From: Candidatus Micrarchaeia archaeon
Lineage (GTDB): Archaea; Micrarchaeota; Micrarchaeia; Micrarchaeales; CABMGC01
Reading direction: 5' to 3'
Length of the DNA stretch: 64,000 bases
Assembly: GCA_049964835.1 (NCBI GenBank)
Contig: JBMFWW010000002.1
Span: 1-64,000 of the forward strand
The stretch's first letter is position 1; every line of letters begins with the position of its first letter. The translations under genes were made by a program, and so were the position numbers. The notes below the pieces were generated by a model. It was not told where the DNA came from, did no database searches, and saw only the letters and a program-made list of their open reading frames with translations. This document shows, one piece after another, positions 19,207-29,407 of this stretch.

Positions 19207-21036
19207 TTATTTTATATAGGAGTTAATTTCTTCACCATCTATATTCAGCCTGTATTTTGTCATTATCTCTTTTAACAAAAGCTTCTTATCCGTTGTTTTG
19301 TAATTATTTATTAATTTTTCAAGTTCTTTACCCTGTATTCTTTCTAGTGACCTTTCTTTTATTATTTTGTCTACCTCAATAGGTTCTTTTGGCAACAAAG
19401 ATAAAATCTCACCTATAGCCGCTTTGGTTATTTTTTTATTAGCATAAAGTTCAAAGATTCTTGTTATTGAATCCTCATTAACTTTTTCTATATCTATACC
19501 ATTTCTTCTAAGTTCTTTTGTTTTTTCAAGCAAAATACTCGCTACAAGAAGTGGCTCTACTTCTACTTTTTTAATTATATTCCGATATAATTGTAGATCC
19601 TTTGACCAAAGCATTTGATCAGCAAGTTGTTTGTTTTTAATCTCTTCTATAAGTGTTTTCTTTGTTTTTTCAGTATCTACCTTTTCCGGTTTAAATTTTT
19701 CAGTTAATGTGTTTATATCTATTGGTAGTACATCAGTTTCAGGATACATTCTTGATTTACCTGGCATTGGCCTTAAAAATCGTGTGTTAAGTTTTTTGCT
19801 ATCAGCACCTCTAGTTTCGCTAGGCACTTCCTCCATAGCTATTCTTGCCCTTTCAAGTGCAAGCTTCATTCCGTATTTTGCTTTTTCTTCCTTCTCCGCT
19901 ATCAAAATAAATGCATCATCTTTTTCAACATATAATTTTTCTTTTAACATTCCTACTTCTTTGTCACTAATGTTATACTTTTCCATGTCTTCGTCACTAT
20001 GTATAATGCCCTTTATTCCAGAACTTTTTGCATAATCACTTATTTCGGTTCCTAACCTTAGATCATTGGCAAGTTCTATTCCAAGCATGTTGTTAAAGCC
20101 CTTAAGTTTTGCAGCTATAACAATTCCATTTTCTTTAAGTTGGTTTTTTATTAATGGGGAAGACGTATTTCTAAAGATCTCGGTTACAATTTCAGCATCT
20201 TCAACCTTCGCATTTTTCTCATTTAACGAATTTTTAATTTCTAAGAGTTTAAGTTGCCTTCCTATTTCTGCATCTATAATACTATCCATACTGTCTAAAT
20301 CTTGAAAGCCTTTTATTTCAATTCTTGCACCATTATTTATTGAGATATTGACATCCTGTCTTATCGAGCCTATTCCTCTTTGCGATGTTCCTGTTAATCT
20401 CAAAATTAATCCTATTTCCATCGATACTTTTTTAGCCTCTTCAGGCGTAGTTATAACTGGGTCTGTATCTATCTCTACTAAGGGTATACCTAGTCTATCT
20501 AGACTATACTCTACGTATTCCTCTGTGTTTTTTATTATGCCACCAGATTCCTCTTCAAGAAATATTGATGTTATCGGTATATTTTTTTCATTTACTTTAA
20601 TCGATCCTTCATATCCAATCATCATAGTTCTTTGGAATGCGCTTGGGTCGCTGCCATCTACAACTCCCTTTCTCATGACTATTATTTCATCAGGCATTTT
20701 ACAGTTGAAAGATGCGCATATGTTCATTCCTGATTTAATTGCATCTTCATTAGGTGCATGTGGAGGTTCTTCATCTATATCTACCATACATGTACTTTTA
20801 TCGAAGTGATCGTATAAAAAGAATCTATTTTTCCTGCTCTCAAATGTTGTTGCTTTATCTATTTTGCCTAACTCTCCCGCTACTGCTCTTTGTCTTCTTT
20901 CTATCCTTCCTGTATTTTTATCATCAAAAAAATTAGCAAAACATCTACAGAATAATTTATTTTTAGTCGATAATCTTTGGTGTATTTCAAGACCACATTT
21001 GAAACCTAATTTTTTATAATCATATTTTTCTTGCAT
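19207..21036 (-). CDS. gatE: Glu-tRNA(Gln) amidotransferase subunit E
   Basis: GLEIHQ, KLFC, VDGS..SAFQRT, LDRLGIPLVEI, RMYPETD. Confidence 0.97.
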   Translation of the reverse strand: MQEKYDYKKLGFKCGLEIHQRLSTKNKLFCRCFANFFDDKNTGRIERRQRAVAGELGKIDKATTFESRKNRFFLYDHFDKSTCMVDIDEEPPHAPNEDAIKSGMNICASFNCKMPDEIIVMRKGVVDGSDPSAFQRTMMIGYEGSIKVNEKNIPITSIFLEEESGGIIKNTEEYVEYSLDRLGIPLVEIDTDPVITTPEEAKKVSMEIGLILRLTGTSQRGIGSIRQDVNISINNGARIEIKGFQDLDSMDSIIDAEIGRQLKLLEIKNSLNEKNAKVEDAEIVTEIFRNTSSPLIKNQLKENGIVIAAKLKGFNNMLGIELANDLRLGTEISDYAKSSGIKGIIHSDEDMEKYNISDKEVGMLKEKLYVEKDDAFILIAEKEEKAKYGMKLALERARIAMEEVPSETRGADSKKLNTRFLRPMPGKSRMYPETDVLPIDINTLTEKFKPEKVDTEKTKKTLIEEIKNKQLADQMLWSKDLQLYRNIIKKVEVEPLLVASILLEKTKELRRNGIDIEKVNEDSITRIFELYANKKITKAAIGEILSLLPKEPIEVDKIIKERSLERIQGKELEKLINNYKTTDKKLLLKEIMTKYRLNIDGEEINSYIK

Positions 21037-21050
21037 TTTGTATCAACCAC

Positions 21051-22373
21051 TTATGATATGGTAGTCCTTTCTGTGATTTCCCCAACTAAGTTTTTAGCTA
21101 AAAGTTTTTCTGCATCTTTTTTGCTATAGTTTCCAAGTAAGAAACCTAATTTAACGTATGCAGTTTCAGCTAGCATATCTTCACAGTATATAGCTCCTGC
21201 CTCTTGTATTAATCTCCCATTTCTGTATACATTTCCGTTAACCCTACCATTTATGCATTGTGATGTCATACCTATTATCATTCCTGAAGAGACACCATCT
21301 TTTATTGCCTTTGTCCAGTTATACTCATTATGACTTGTAGAAACTGGGGCATGTCCCAATCCTGTACCTTGTAATATTAAACCTTTATAATTTTTTTTAC
21401 TATAATACTCTATAACTCCAGGGTCTGAGTTAGGATAACTTATTACCATAGCTATCTTACTTTCGTATCCTGTTTTTGCAACTACCTTTTCTTTATGGGC
21501 TTTAAATTCATTTTTATAATACTCTTCAACGTTGCCTTCATAATAAGCACGTGCAAGTATTCCTGTATTTATTGACTTAAACGCGTCTCTGCTTGAGGTA
21601 TGCATCTTTCTTGCCTTGCTTCCTAATATGAAATCGCAGTATTTATCAGAAGAGTTGCTATGCATGCATATGCCAACTTTGTTTATGTTGGTTTTTGAAG
21701 CTATTCGTGCAGAGCATATGAGATTCATGAATGCGTCGCTAGAACCTCTATCACTGCTTCGCTGTGCGCCAGTTAGTACAACTGGACTATTAAGATTTTG
21801 AAGCATGAAGCTTAGCGCTGCAGAAGTGTAGTGCATAGTGTCTGTACCGTGAGTTATGACTACCCCCTTAGCTCCTTCGTTTAATGCATCCGCAACATGT
21901 TTTGCCATAAGCTGCCATTCTTTATATGACATATCCTCGCTAGCTACGCTCATTAACTGTTCAACATTTATGTTTGCTATGTCACTAAGCTCTGGAACTT
22001 CATAAAGTAGCTCTTCAGGCTTAGTAAGCATGTAAACGCCTCCAGTAACATAATCGACTTTGCTACCTATAGTCCCACCAGTATATAGCAGAGTAATCTT
22101 TTCTAAATCTTTATTATTTTTAGATGTAGCTTTAGGAAAAGTAAAATTTTCTTGCGTTTTTGACTCTTTTTTATTTACTTCAATATCTTTTGAATATTTT
22201 ATACCTATATTATATCCATTATCAAGCTTAATTATAATTATACTGTCATCTCCAGTGTCCGGTCTTGGCATAAGTATTCCATTTAATTCATTGTTATTAT
22301 TCTTAATATGCAAAAGGTCTCCTACCTTTAGTTTCTTGTTTTTAAACAATGCTTCTAATTCCTCAGAATACAT
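21051..22373 (-). CDS. gatD: Glu-tRNA(Gln) amidotransferase subunit D
   Basis: KLDNGYNIG, TGGTI, HGTDTMHY, GAQRSSDRGSSD. Confidence 0.97.
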   Translation of the reverse strand: MYSEELEALFKNKKLKVGDLLHIKNNNNELNGILMPRPDTGDDSIIIIKLDNGYNIGIKYSKDIEVNKKESKTQENFTFPKATSKNNKDLEKITLLYTGGTIGSKVDYVTGGVYMLTKPEELLYEVPELSDIANINVEQLMSVASEDMSYKEWQLMAKHVADALNEGAKGVVITHGTDTMHYTSAALSFMLQNLNSPVVLTGAQRSSDRGSSDAFMNLICSARIASKTNINKVGICMHSNSSDKYCDFILGSKARKMHTSSRDAFKSINTGILARAYYEGNVEEYYKNEFKAHKEKVVAKTGYESKIAMVISYPNSDPGVIEYYSKKNYKGLILQGTGLGHAPVSTSHNEYNWTKAIKDGVSSGMIIGMTSQCINGRVNGNVYRNGRLIQEAGAIYCEDMLAETAYVKLGFLLGNYSKKDAEKLLAKNLVGEITERTTIS

Positions 22374-22543
22374 AAGTACTATTACTCCTTTCGTATTTAA
22401 ATTACTTTTGTGATACTTTAGTTACATTCTAATATACGTTGTAGTAGACTTGAATTTACACTATGTAGTGTTGATTTTATCTTGATTTTGATTAAATGCA
22501 AAATAAACGTATACGTATATTAATCTTAATAATAGAATAATAT

Positions 22544-22842
22544 TGCAGCAGAAAGGCGGGAAGCTAGGGGTTTCCCATCCGCAAATCCCCTTTAGGCGGG
22601 CCGTATGCCGAGCAAGTGATAATAAACTCTGTTTGACCTACGTTAAAGCGTTGAAGTCATGCCTTCAGTGGTGGTCTTATATATAAACCGGGCCAGGCCG
22701 GAAGGAGCAACCCTAAGTATATGGCAATGCAGTGTAACTGCGCTGTATAAGCGTACAAAGGGCTATGCTCTGAAGATACAGGGCCGAGTAGAGACGTAGA
22801 TAATCTTACATAGTTTATTATTGCAGATCGGTTTCTGCTGCA
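22544..22842 (+). ncRNA. ffs: Archaeal SRP (7S) RNA
   Basis: GC-rich ~300 nt island; helix-8 motif CCAGGCCGGAAGGAGCAA; complementary ends TGCAGCAGAAA / TTTCTGCTGCA. Confidence 0.92.
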
Positions 22843-22906
22843 TTATCTAATTACTTATAATTCTCCAAAACATAAGGTTATATATCTGAAATGATAATTT
22901 ATAAGC

Positions 22907-23836
22907 ATGACCTCTAAAAAATCATCTCTCAGAGTAGATTCTGAACAAAAATTAAGTAGCCAGCTACTTCCTAAAAGTTTTTATGATGAACACAAAAATA
23001 AAACCAATGAAGAATTAAATTTATCAATAAAGGCAATAGCAAGAATTTTCAAAAAAGACGATAAAGAAATAATTGCAGCTGTGACTTCTTTGCCGCAGTT
23101 CATCAACAGAAATCATTTAAAAATAATAACCTCTGTAGCTGAAATATACTCGTGTAAAGAAGAAGAAGCAAAAAAAATTATACTTTCACATCCACAATTT
23201 TCTGGTTACTATCATATTAATAAAGTGGAAAAAATTCAAAAATTATACGGAATTGATAAAAATGTATTAAGGAAAATTATTTTATCACTTCCACAATTTA
23301 TTGGTTATGATCATGAATCTGCACTTGCCAATATCTCTGAAATATATAATTTAAATCTTGAAGATGCAAAACGCTTAGTTTTGAAAAATCCGCAATTCTT
23401 AAAGAGAGATCACAAAAAGATTATAAAAAATATAACTGACGTTTATTCCTGTACAGATGAAGAAGCCAAAAAGGCAATTAAAAAATTTCCTCAGTTCGCA
23501 GGTTATAATCATGCAAAGAAAATACGAAGAATTAGTAGAGTAGCACGTTTAATAGGCATAGATGAAAAAGTTGTCAAAGAATTCATAATAAAAAATCCAG
23601 TACTCGCTAGTTATTCTGAAAAAAGGCATATTGCAGCATTAGATAGTTTAAATTTATTTAAACCAATTAAGACAAAGGATTTTGATCCTATAACGATAAT
23701 TAAAAGGTATTCATATCACATATCTAAGTCACCTTATGTTCCTAATACCAAACTTAGAGTGTCAAAGGCAAAGAAGAAGGGCCACGACATAGAACTAACT
23801 CCTTTTTTAAAAGAAATAAGAAAAATAACTGATTAA
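22907..23836 (+). CDS. Basic helical repeat protein with six ~33-aa repeats (mTERF-like)
   Basis: Repeats ending LPQFINRNH, HPQFSGYYH, LPQFIGYDH, NPQFLKRDH, FPQFAGYNH, NPVLASYSE. Confidence 0.7.
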   Translation: MTSKKSSLRVDSEQKLSSQLLPKSFYDEHKNKTNEELNLSIKAIARIFKKDDKEIIAAVTSLPQFINRNHLKIITSVAEIYSCKEEEAKKIILSHPQFSGYYHINKVEKIQKLYGIDKNVLRKIILSLPQFIGYDHESALANISEIYNLNLEDAKRLVLKNPQFLKRDHKKIIKNITDVYSCTDEEAKKAIKKFPQFAGYNHAKKIRRISRVARLIGIDEKVVKEFIIKNPVLASYSEKRHIAALDSLNLFKPIKTKDFDPITIIKRYSYHISKSPYVPNTKLRVSKAKKKGHDIELTPFLKEIRKITD

Positions 23837-23881
23837 TAATCCATTATCTTTAAATATGGTTGTGTGTAAATATTACATTGT

Positions 23882-23998
23882 GCCGGGGTCGCCTAGTGGT
23901 ACAAAATATTGTTGCAATTTATTTGCACTAAATGGCGGCAGCCTGCTAAGCTGTTCGGCTAGTAATGGCCCCTGCGAGTTCGATTCTCGCCCCCGGCG
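23882..23998 (+). tRNA. tRNA-Ser(GCT) with 31-nt D-loop intron (23901..23931)
   Basis: Acceptor GCCGGGG/CCCCGGC, anticodon arm GCAGC-CT GCT AA-GCTGT, long variable arm, GTTCGATTC; BHB AGTG-GTA / CACT-AAA. Confidence 0.93.
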
Positions 23999-23999
23999 T

Positions 24000-24767
24000 T
24001 TATATTTCTAATTTCTGTATGGCGCTGCAAAACTTCCTAAATTCCTCTTTAGAAAAAGAATATACTGTTTTTTCAAGGAAATCAGAATCAAATTCTTTAA
24101 AAATAGATTGTGAAACTTCTTTTGCCTGCTTTCTTGTAAATGAGTGCTCTTCGCTTTTATAATTCCAAAGCGTATCTATCACAACATTCTTTACCTTTTT
24201 ACTTTCACTTTTAAATCCTTCAAAAATCATCTTTTTTAATATTGTATCTTGCTCTGAAGGCTTTATTCTAATTATATATGAAGACACTCTAGGTTTCGGA
24301 TCAAATGCATCCTTTGACACTTTGTCTAATACTTCAACATCAAAAAATGAATAAAATAATGCAGATATTAAGCCGAAATTCTTACTTTGCGGTTGCGTAG
24401 TAATTAATCCTTTGAACCTACTAGGAACGGTAAAAACTCCCAATTCAAAATTATATCTGTTTTCCTTAACTAATCTAATAAAAAATTGTTCTAATATTTG
24501 ATAAGGCGGATTGGATATTAATTTATTAAATTCCGGCAAATCAACATATAGTGCATCTCCGTGGATAATTTTTATATTGTCATTAGTAAATCTTCTATTC
24601 AATTCATTATAAAATTCAGGATCTTTTTCTATTACGTACACAAATTTAACCATTCCATAGAGACATCGAGTTAGGGCTCCGTCGCCCCCTCCTAATTCAA
24701 GTACTAAATCATCTTTATTTAGATTAGCATACTCCAATATTATATCTATAAATTTTTTATCTACCAT
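24000..24767 (-). CDS. rsmA: 16S rRNA adenine dimethyltransferase (KsgA/Dim1); conserved N-terminus extends upstream of the ATG
   Basis: VLELGGGDGALT, IEKD, HGDAL, SNPPY, FDPKPRVSS; in-frame DQHF directly before the Met. Confidence 0.92.
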   Translation of the reverse strand: MVDKKFIDIILEYANLNKDDLVLELGGGDGALTRCLYGMVKFVYVIEKDPEFYNELNRRFTNDNIKIIHGDALYVDLPEFNKLISNPPYQILEQFFIRLVKENRYNFELGVFTVPSRFKGLITTQPQSKNFGLISALFYSFFDVEVLDKVSKDAFDPKPRVSSYIIRIKPSEQDTILKKMIFEGFKSESKKVKNVVIDTLWNYKSEEHSFTRKQAKEVSQSIFKEFDSDFLEKTVYSFSKEEFRKFCSAIQKLEI

Positions 24768-24905
24768 GAAGTGCTGGTCAGAACTCTTATCTTTTTTTGT
24801 AATATTATCACTTTCTTATCCTAGTAAAACACAAATATCTAAAAAATGATATATATATAATTAGGTTGTATTGTAATAAAATTAAAAACCAAACTTATAA
24901 ATTAT

Positions 24906-26023
24906 ATGCCAACAAAATAAAGAAGCACAGGAGCTTATTTACAGATGTCTTACAGTTCAAAATAATACACATGCTACAGAACTTGCTAAATTTTCATTAA
25001 AAACTACTAAGTACTCCTATAAATTTCAACATGCACTTCTAGATAATCCATATCTTTCTGAAGAAGCCGTTCTTGTGTTATTAAAAAGCAGAAGCACAGT
25101 GATAAAATCAATGGCACTTCAAAAGCTAAAGGTCTCAAAGACAGAATTAGTAGAAGCTGCAAGAAGTAATAATCCAGTAATAAAATCTTCTGCAATATCC
25201 AATCAAACAACACCGCAAACAGTAAGGACAACTGAGTTATTATCAAACGACCCTTTTAGTTTTTCAGTTACGTTAAGAAAAAACTCTAGAAGATCAAAAT
25301 AATGTGTTAATATGCAATCAATAAAAGATGTAATGATATTCATAGCACCTAAACCAGTAAAGATAAGTATGGCATTGAGGAGTGATATGAGTTTTAGGAC
25401 TCATGAACTTTTATCTTTGTCACGAGATGTTTTGGTCGTATCTGCATTATCACTTTCTACGCCTTATAAAGAAATACAGAATTTCATATTTGAGATCAAT
25501 AAATCTTCATTCGGTGTATATCGGGGAGCATCTCCAATTATGATAAGTCTTTCAAACAATCCTAATCTTTCTGAAACTTTAAAAGTAAAATTACTTAAGA
25601 TACCAGAAAAGTTAGATGAATCTCTATTGCATTTCTTGGTAAAAACCGAGTTTGATTTGATGAATTATATACTAACTCAAAATTTACAATCGCATCCTTC
25701 TTATTCTGGGGCCTAGGCTTTACCTCTATAATTGCCGCCTCAAAGGGCATTAGTCCATCATTACATCAAGCTATAATAAATATGGCATTAGAGTTCTCAA
25801 AGAAAAAAATACCCATACATATAAACATAACAATAACGTCACAAACGATGAACCTAACATGTCATATTCTAAAGAAAATATAAAGCACTCTTATTCAGCA
25901 AGAAATTTGATTCGCCTGATTGAAGCTCTAAGATCAAATCCTGAATTAAATCCATACACAAAAGAGCGACTTGCAGTATTAACCGAGCGTGTGAATTCTC
26001 TATTAGAAAATACCCAACTATAA
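24906..26023 (+). pseudogene. Multiply frameshifted gene for an LRV/HEAT-like helical repeat protein
   Basis: Fragments in different frames share the motif (ALLDNPYLS, AISNQTTP, LSNNPNLS, ALRSNPELN); includes ORFs 25075..25302 and 25312..25716. Confidence 0.55.
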
Positions 26024-26094
26024 TTATTTTTTTAAAGAAAAATTGTTTTTCAGGAAAGTTCTAATAATATAAATGTTAATATATTATTGATAAA

Positions 26095-26895
26095 ATGGCA
26101 AATAGAATAGGGATAATCGGAGGTTCTGGTTTTTATTCATTGCTTGATTCACCAGAGTCTGTAAGCATAGAAACTAAGTATGGTAATCCTAGTGATAAGA
26201 TTTCATTAGGCAAGATTGGCGAGGTTGATGTTGCGTTTCTTCCAAGGCACGGTTCGAAGCATAATATACCTCCACATAAAGTTCCTTATCGCGCAAATAT
26301 ACTTGCTTTTGAAGAACTAGGAGTAAATAGAATAATAGCTACTAACGCAGTAGGTTCTTTAAAATCTAATTACACTCCGGGAGATTTTGTTCTTTTCGAT
26401 CAATTTGTGAATATGACACATGGAAGGCATGATACTTTTTTTGACGAAGATAAAGTTGCTCATGTAAGCATGGCAGAGCCATACTGCTCTGATCTTAGAA
26501 ATATTGCATCTGTAGCGTTATCAAAAATGAAAATAAGATATCATGAAAATGGGTCTGTAATAGTTATAAATGGACCTAGATTTTCATCGAAAGCAGAGTC
26601 AAGATTTTTTAGCTCTCAAGGTTTTGATGTTATAAATATGACTCAATATCCAGAAGCTGCGCTTGCAAGAGAAAAAGGGATGTGTTATTTAGGGATTGGA
26701 ATTGTTACCGATTATGATGCAGGGCTTGAAGGAAATTCACAGATAAAAGCAGTAACCGCAGATGAAGTTAATAGGGTTTTTGGAAAAAGCATAACAGAGG
26801 CAAAAAGCCTTATAAATAACATAGTTCCTATTGCATCAAAGACCGTAAACTGCAACTGCAGTAACTCACTTAACGGAGCAATAGTTACTAAGTAA
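26095..26895 (+). CDS. mtnP: S-methyl-5'-thioadenosine phosphorylase
   Basis: IGIIGGSG, FLPRHG..H, NAVGSL, GPRFSSKAES, NMT..PEA, VTDYD. Confidence 0.95.
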   Translation: MANRIGIIGGSGFYSLLDSPESVSIETKYGNPSDKISLGKIGEVDVAFLPRHGSKHNIPPHKVPYRANILAFEELGVNRIIATNAVGSLKSNYTPGDFVLFDQFVNMTHGRHDTFFDEDKVAHVSMAEPYCSDLRNIASVALSKMKIRYHENGSVIVINGPRFSSKAESRFFSSQGFDVINMTQYPEAALAREKGMCYLGIGIVTDYDAGLEGNSQIKAVTADEVNRVFGKSITEAKSLINNIVPIASKTVNCNCSNSLNGAIVTK

Positions 26896-26990
26896 AAAAT
26901 TAATAATTAAAACCTCATTATTGGAAAGTTAATAAATACTTACTCGTTAATATTTCATCTAGTTATATGTAATTCGGTTTTAGTGTTTAA

Positions 26991-27704
26991 ATGCAGTCCA
27001 ATAATAATGTAATTATAGCTGAGAATATAGGCAAGACTTATGTCTCAAAAAAAATTCAGTATACTGCTCTTAAAGATGTTTCTGTTACAGTACAAAAAGG
27101 GGAGTTTCTAGCTATTTTAGGCGCCTCTGGAAGTGGAAAGACAACCCTTATGAATATACTAGGTACACTAGACAGGCAAACTAAAGGAAGGTTAAGAATA
27201 GATGGTGTAGACACAGAAACATTAAATGATAATGAATTATGTCTTATAAGAAACAAAAAAATAGGCTTCATATTTCAATCATACAATCTTGTAAATTATC
27301 TTTCTGCCTTAGATAATGTACTTCTTCCTCTAATGATATCTAATATAGATACTCCGGAAAAAATAGAGGAGGCAAAACAGCTTCTTTCAGAGCTTGGACT
27401 GTCTGAAAAATATCAAAAAAAACCTCTTGAGTTAAGCGGAGGAGAGCAGCAAAGAGTTGCAATTGCAAGAGCTCTTATAAACTCACCTTCTATAATACTT
27501 GCAGATGAGCCTACTGGAAATCTCGACTCTAAAACTGCAGACACGGTTCTAGATATACTAATGAGAATGGCTAAGAAAAACGATATAACTATAGTTATGG
27601 TAACTCACGATCCAGAAATAGCTAAATCTGCAGACAGAGAGATACACATGAAGGACGGTGTCGTATACAAAGAGCTTAGGAGCTATAATAAAAAAGCAAA
27701 ATAA
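26991..27704 (+). CDS. ABC transporter ATP-binding protein (LolD/MacB type)
   Basis: GASGSGKT, GFIFQSYNL, LSGGEQQRVAIARAL, ADEPTGNLD. Confidence 0.95.
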   Translation: MQSNNNVIIAENIGKTYVSKKIQYTALKDVSVTVQKGEFLAILGASGSGKTTLMNILGTLDRQTKGRLRIDGVDTETLNDNELCLIRNKKIGFIFQSYNLVNYLSALDNVLLPLMISNIDTPEKIEEAKQLLSELGLSEKYQKKPLELSGGEQQRVAIARALINSPSIILADEPTGNLDSKTADTVLDILMRMAKKNDITIVMVTHDPEIAKSADREIHMKDGVVYKELRSYNKKAK

Positions 27705-27736
27705 ATTTTAATAAATTATCTTTAATAGGTTGTTGA

Positions 27737-29407
27737 ATGGGTATAAAAAATATGAGATATGGTCTTGTTTTGCTCGCTGTTAGTTTTATTTTTATGTTCT
27801 TGAACACAAGCTTTGCTTCGCAAGTGCAGTGTAATTTAATTCCTGCTTCTAATTACTTTAAAATTATAGGCGTAACATGGGGCAATGCTACTCATTCAAT
27901 CTCAGCTGGACCTGGAATAAACGATGCACCTCTTACCGTTACGCTTGAAAATTATGGTGGTTCATGCAACTTTATAGATCTAAAAGGATACTTGGAGCTT
28001 TATGGAGGAATATCTGATTTTAACGGTTCATCTTATGCAACTTACTATTTAAACAATCTTGCTCCATACTCTATTTTTAATATGGTCTTTAATCTTAATA
28101 TAGCTAAAAATGTATCTGCAGGCAACAATACCGTTTTATCATATCCTTTTTATATATCCTGGAACTATACTAACGATACAATAAGATCAACTCAAGAGTA
28201 TAACTTAAGCATACCTTTATACGGAAGTCCTGATCTTTCATTCTCAATAAAAAATCAACCTCTTATTGCAGGGGAATTAAATAATGTAACCTTACAAGTA
28301 AAGAATACAGGTTCTGGAAAGGCATCAGATTTATCCTCCGAGATATCTATGTCTGGAGCTAGTATCTTGACACAACCTTCTAAGATAGGCGTAATAGAGC
28401 CTAACACCACAAAAAATATTTCTTTCTATGCATATCTACCTTCAAGTTCTGCAGGACAGCCCGTACTTCTAAATCTTGATTATAACTATATAACACCTTA
28501 TGGCTACAATACGTCTATATCAACTACTGTCGATACATATGCAGTACCAAATTATAATAATGGCGTGTCTATCTCAATATTAAACAATAGCATAGAGTCT
28601 GGCAATATTCGAAATACGAGTATAGTTGCATATGATACCTCTTCATATCCTATAGAAAATCTTACTATAACTCTTACTCCATCAAGCCCTATAACGTTGC
28701 TGGGCTCTGATGGAATAATAAATTTTCCAACTATAAATCCAAATTCAAAGGTCAAAATGCCAATATCATTGTATCTGACACCTTCATCAAGCACTGTGGG
28801 TAGCATCTCCGCATCTGTCTCATATATATTAAACGGACAGCCAGAGAGCACAACTCTTCTGTTAAATGTTCTGACACCTAGCAACATAGAGCTGACAAAT
28901 GTAAATACTGTACTTCTCCCTTCATCCCCCACTGTAGGTTCATCATTTACATTGACCTCAACATTAAACAATATAGGTTCTGAAACGGCTTCTGCAGTAT
29001 CTATAACTCCTGGACATGTAAATGGAATAAGCACGGAAGGTGAAAACACTACTTCTTTAGGAAGTATACCTGTAGATACTCCTACAGCATTTACGTTAAG
29101 CTTTTTGATTTCTCAATCGCTTAAGCCTGGAATATATAATATACCTATAATAGTATCTTATCTAAATAATCTTAATCAACAAATTAACCAAACAATTCTA
29201 TTTCCAGTAAACATCTCAAAAAGCAGCGCCACATTCATAACCAGTTCCGGTGCATATGCTGGAAATGCAACTGCATACCGTAACTTTAAGGGTGGCGGAG
29301 GTATTCCAATAATTTTAATCATAATAATTATTATAATTATTTTGATAATTGCATATTTCTTATATAAGCGAAGAAAAAATAGCAAGAAAACAAAGGCGCA
29401 TCAATGA
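27737..29407 (+). CDS. Secreted, C-terminally anchored Ig/CARDB-like protein (COG1361 S-layer-domain type)
   Basis: Signal peptide, repeated NxGSxxA beta modules, many N-x-S/T sequons, C-terminal TM followed by KRRK; lies between ABC ATPase and permease. Confidence 0.8.
   Translation: MGIKNMRYGLVLLAVSFIFMFLNTSFASQVQCNLIPASNYFKIIGVTWGNATHSISAGPGINDAPLTVTLENYGGSCNFIDLKGYLELYGGISDFNGSSYATYYLNNLAPYSIFNMVFNLNIAKNVSAGNNTVLSYPFYISWNYTNDTIRSTQEYNLSIPLYGSPDLSFSIKNQPLIAGELNNVTLQVKNTGSGKASDLSSEISMSGASILTQPSKIGVIEPNTTKNISFYAYLPSSSAGQPVLLNLDYNYITPYGYNTSISTTVDTYAVPNYNNGVSISILNNSIESGNIRNTSIVAYDTSSYPIENLTITLTPSSPITLLGSDGIINFPTINPNSKVKMPISLYLTPSSSTVGSISASVSYILNGQPESTTLLLNVLTPSNIELTNVNTVLLPSSPTVGSSFTLTSTLNNIGSETASAVSITPGHVNGISTEGENTTSLGSIPVDTPTAFTLSFLISQSLKPGIYNIPIIVSYLNNLNQQINQTILFPVNISKSSATFITSSGAYAGNATAYRNFKGGGGIPIILIIIIIIIILIIAYFLYKRRKNSKKTKAHQ

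Noticed and set aside
22544..22842. Considered as RNase P RNA or a novel ncRNA
   Set aside because: The helix-8 SRP motif and ~300 nt length fit SRP RNA; RNase P conserved GAGGAAAGUCC-type motifs were not seen
23965..24162. 65-aa plus-strand ORF
   Set aside because: Overlaps tRNA-Ser and is antisense to rsmA
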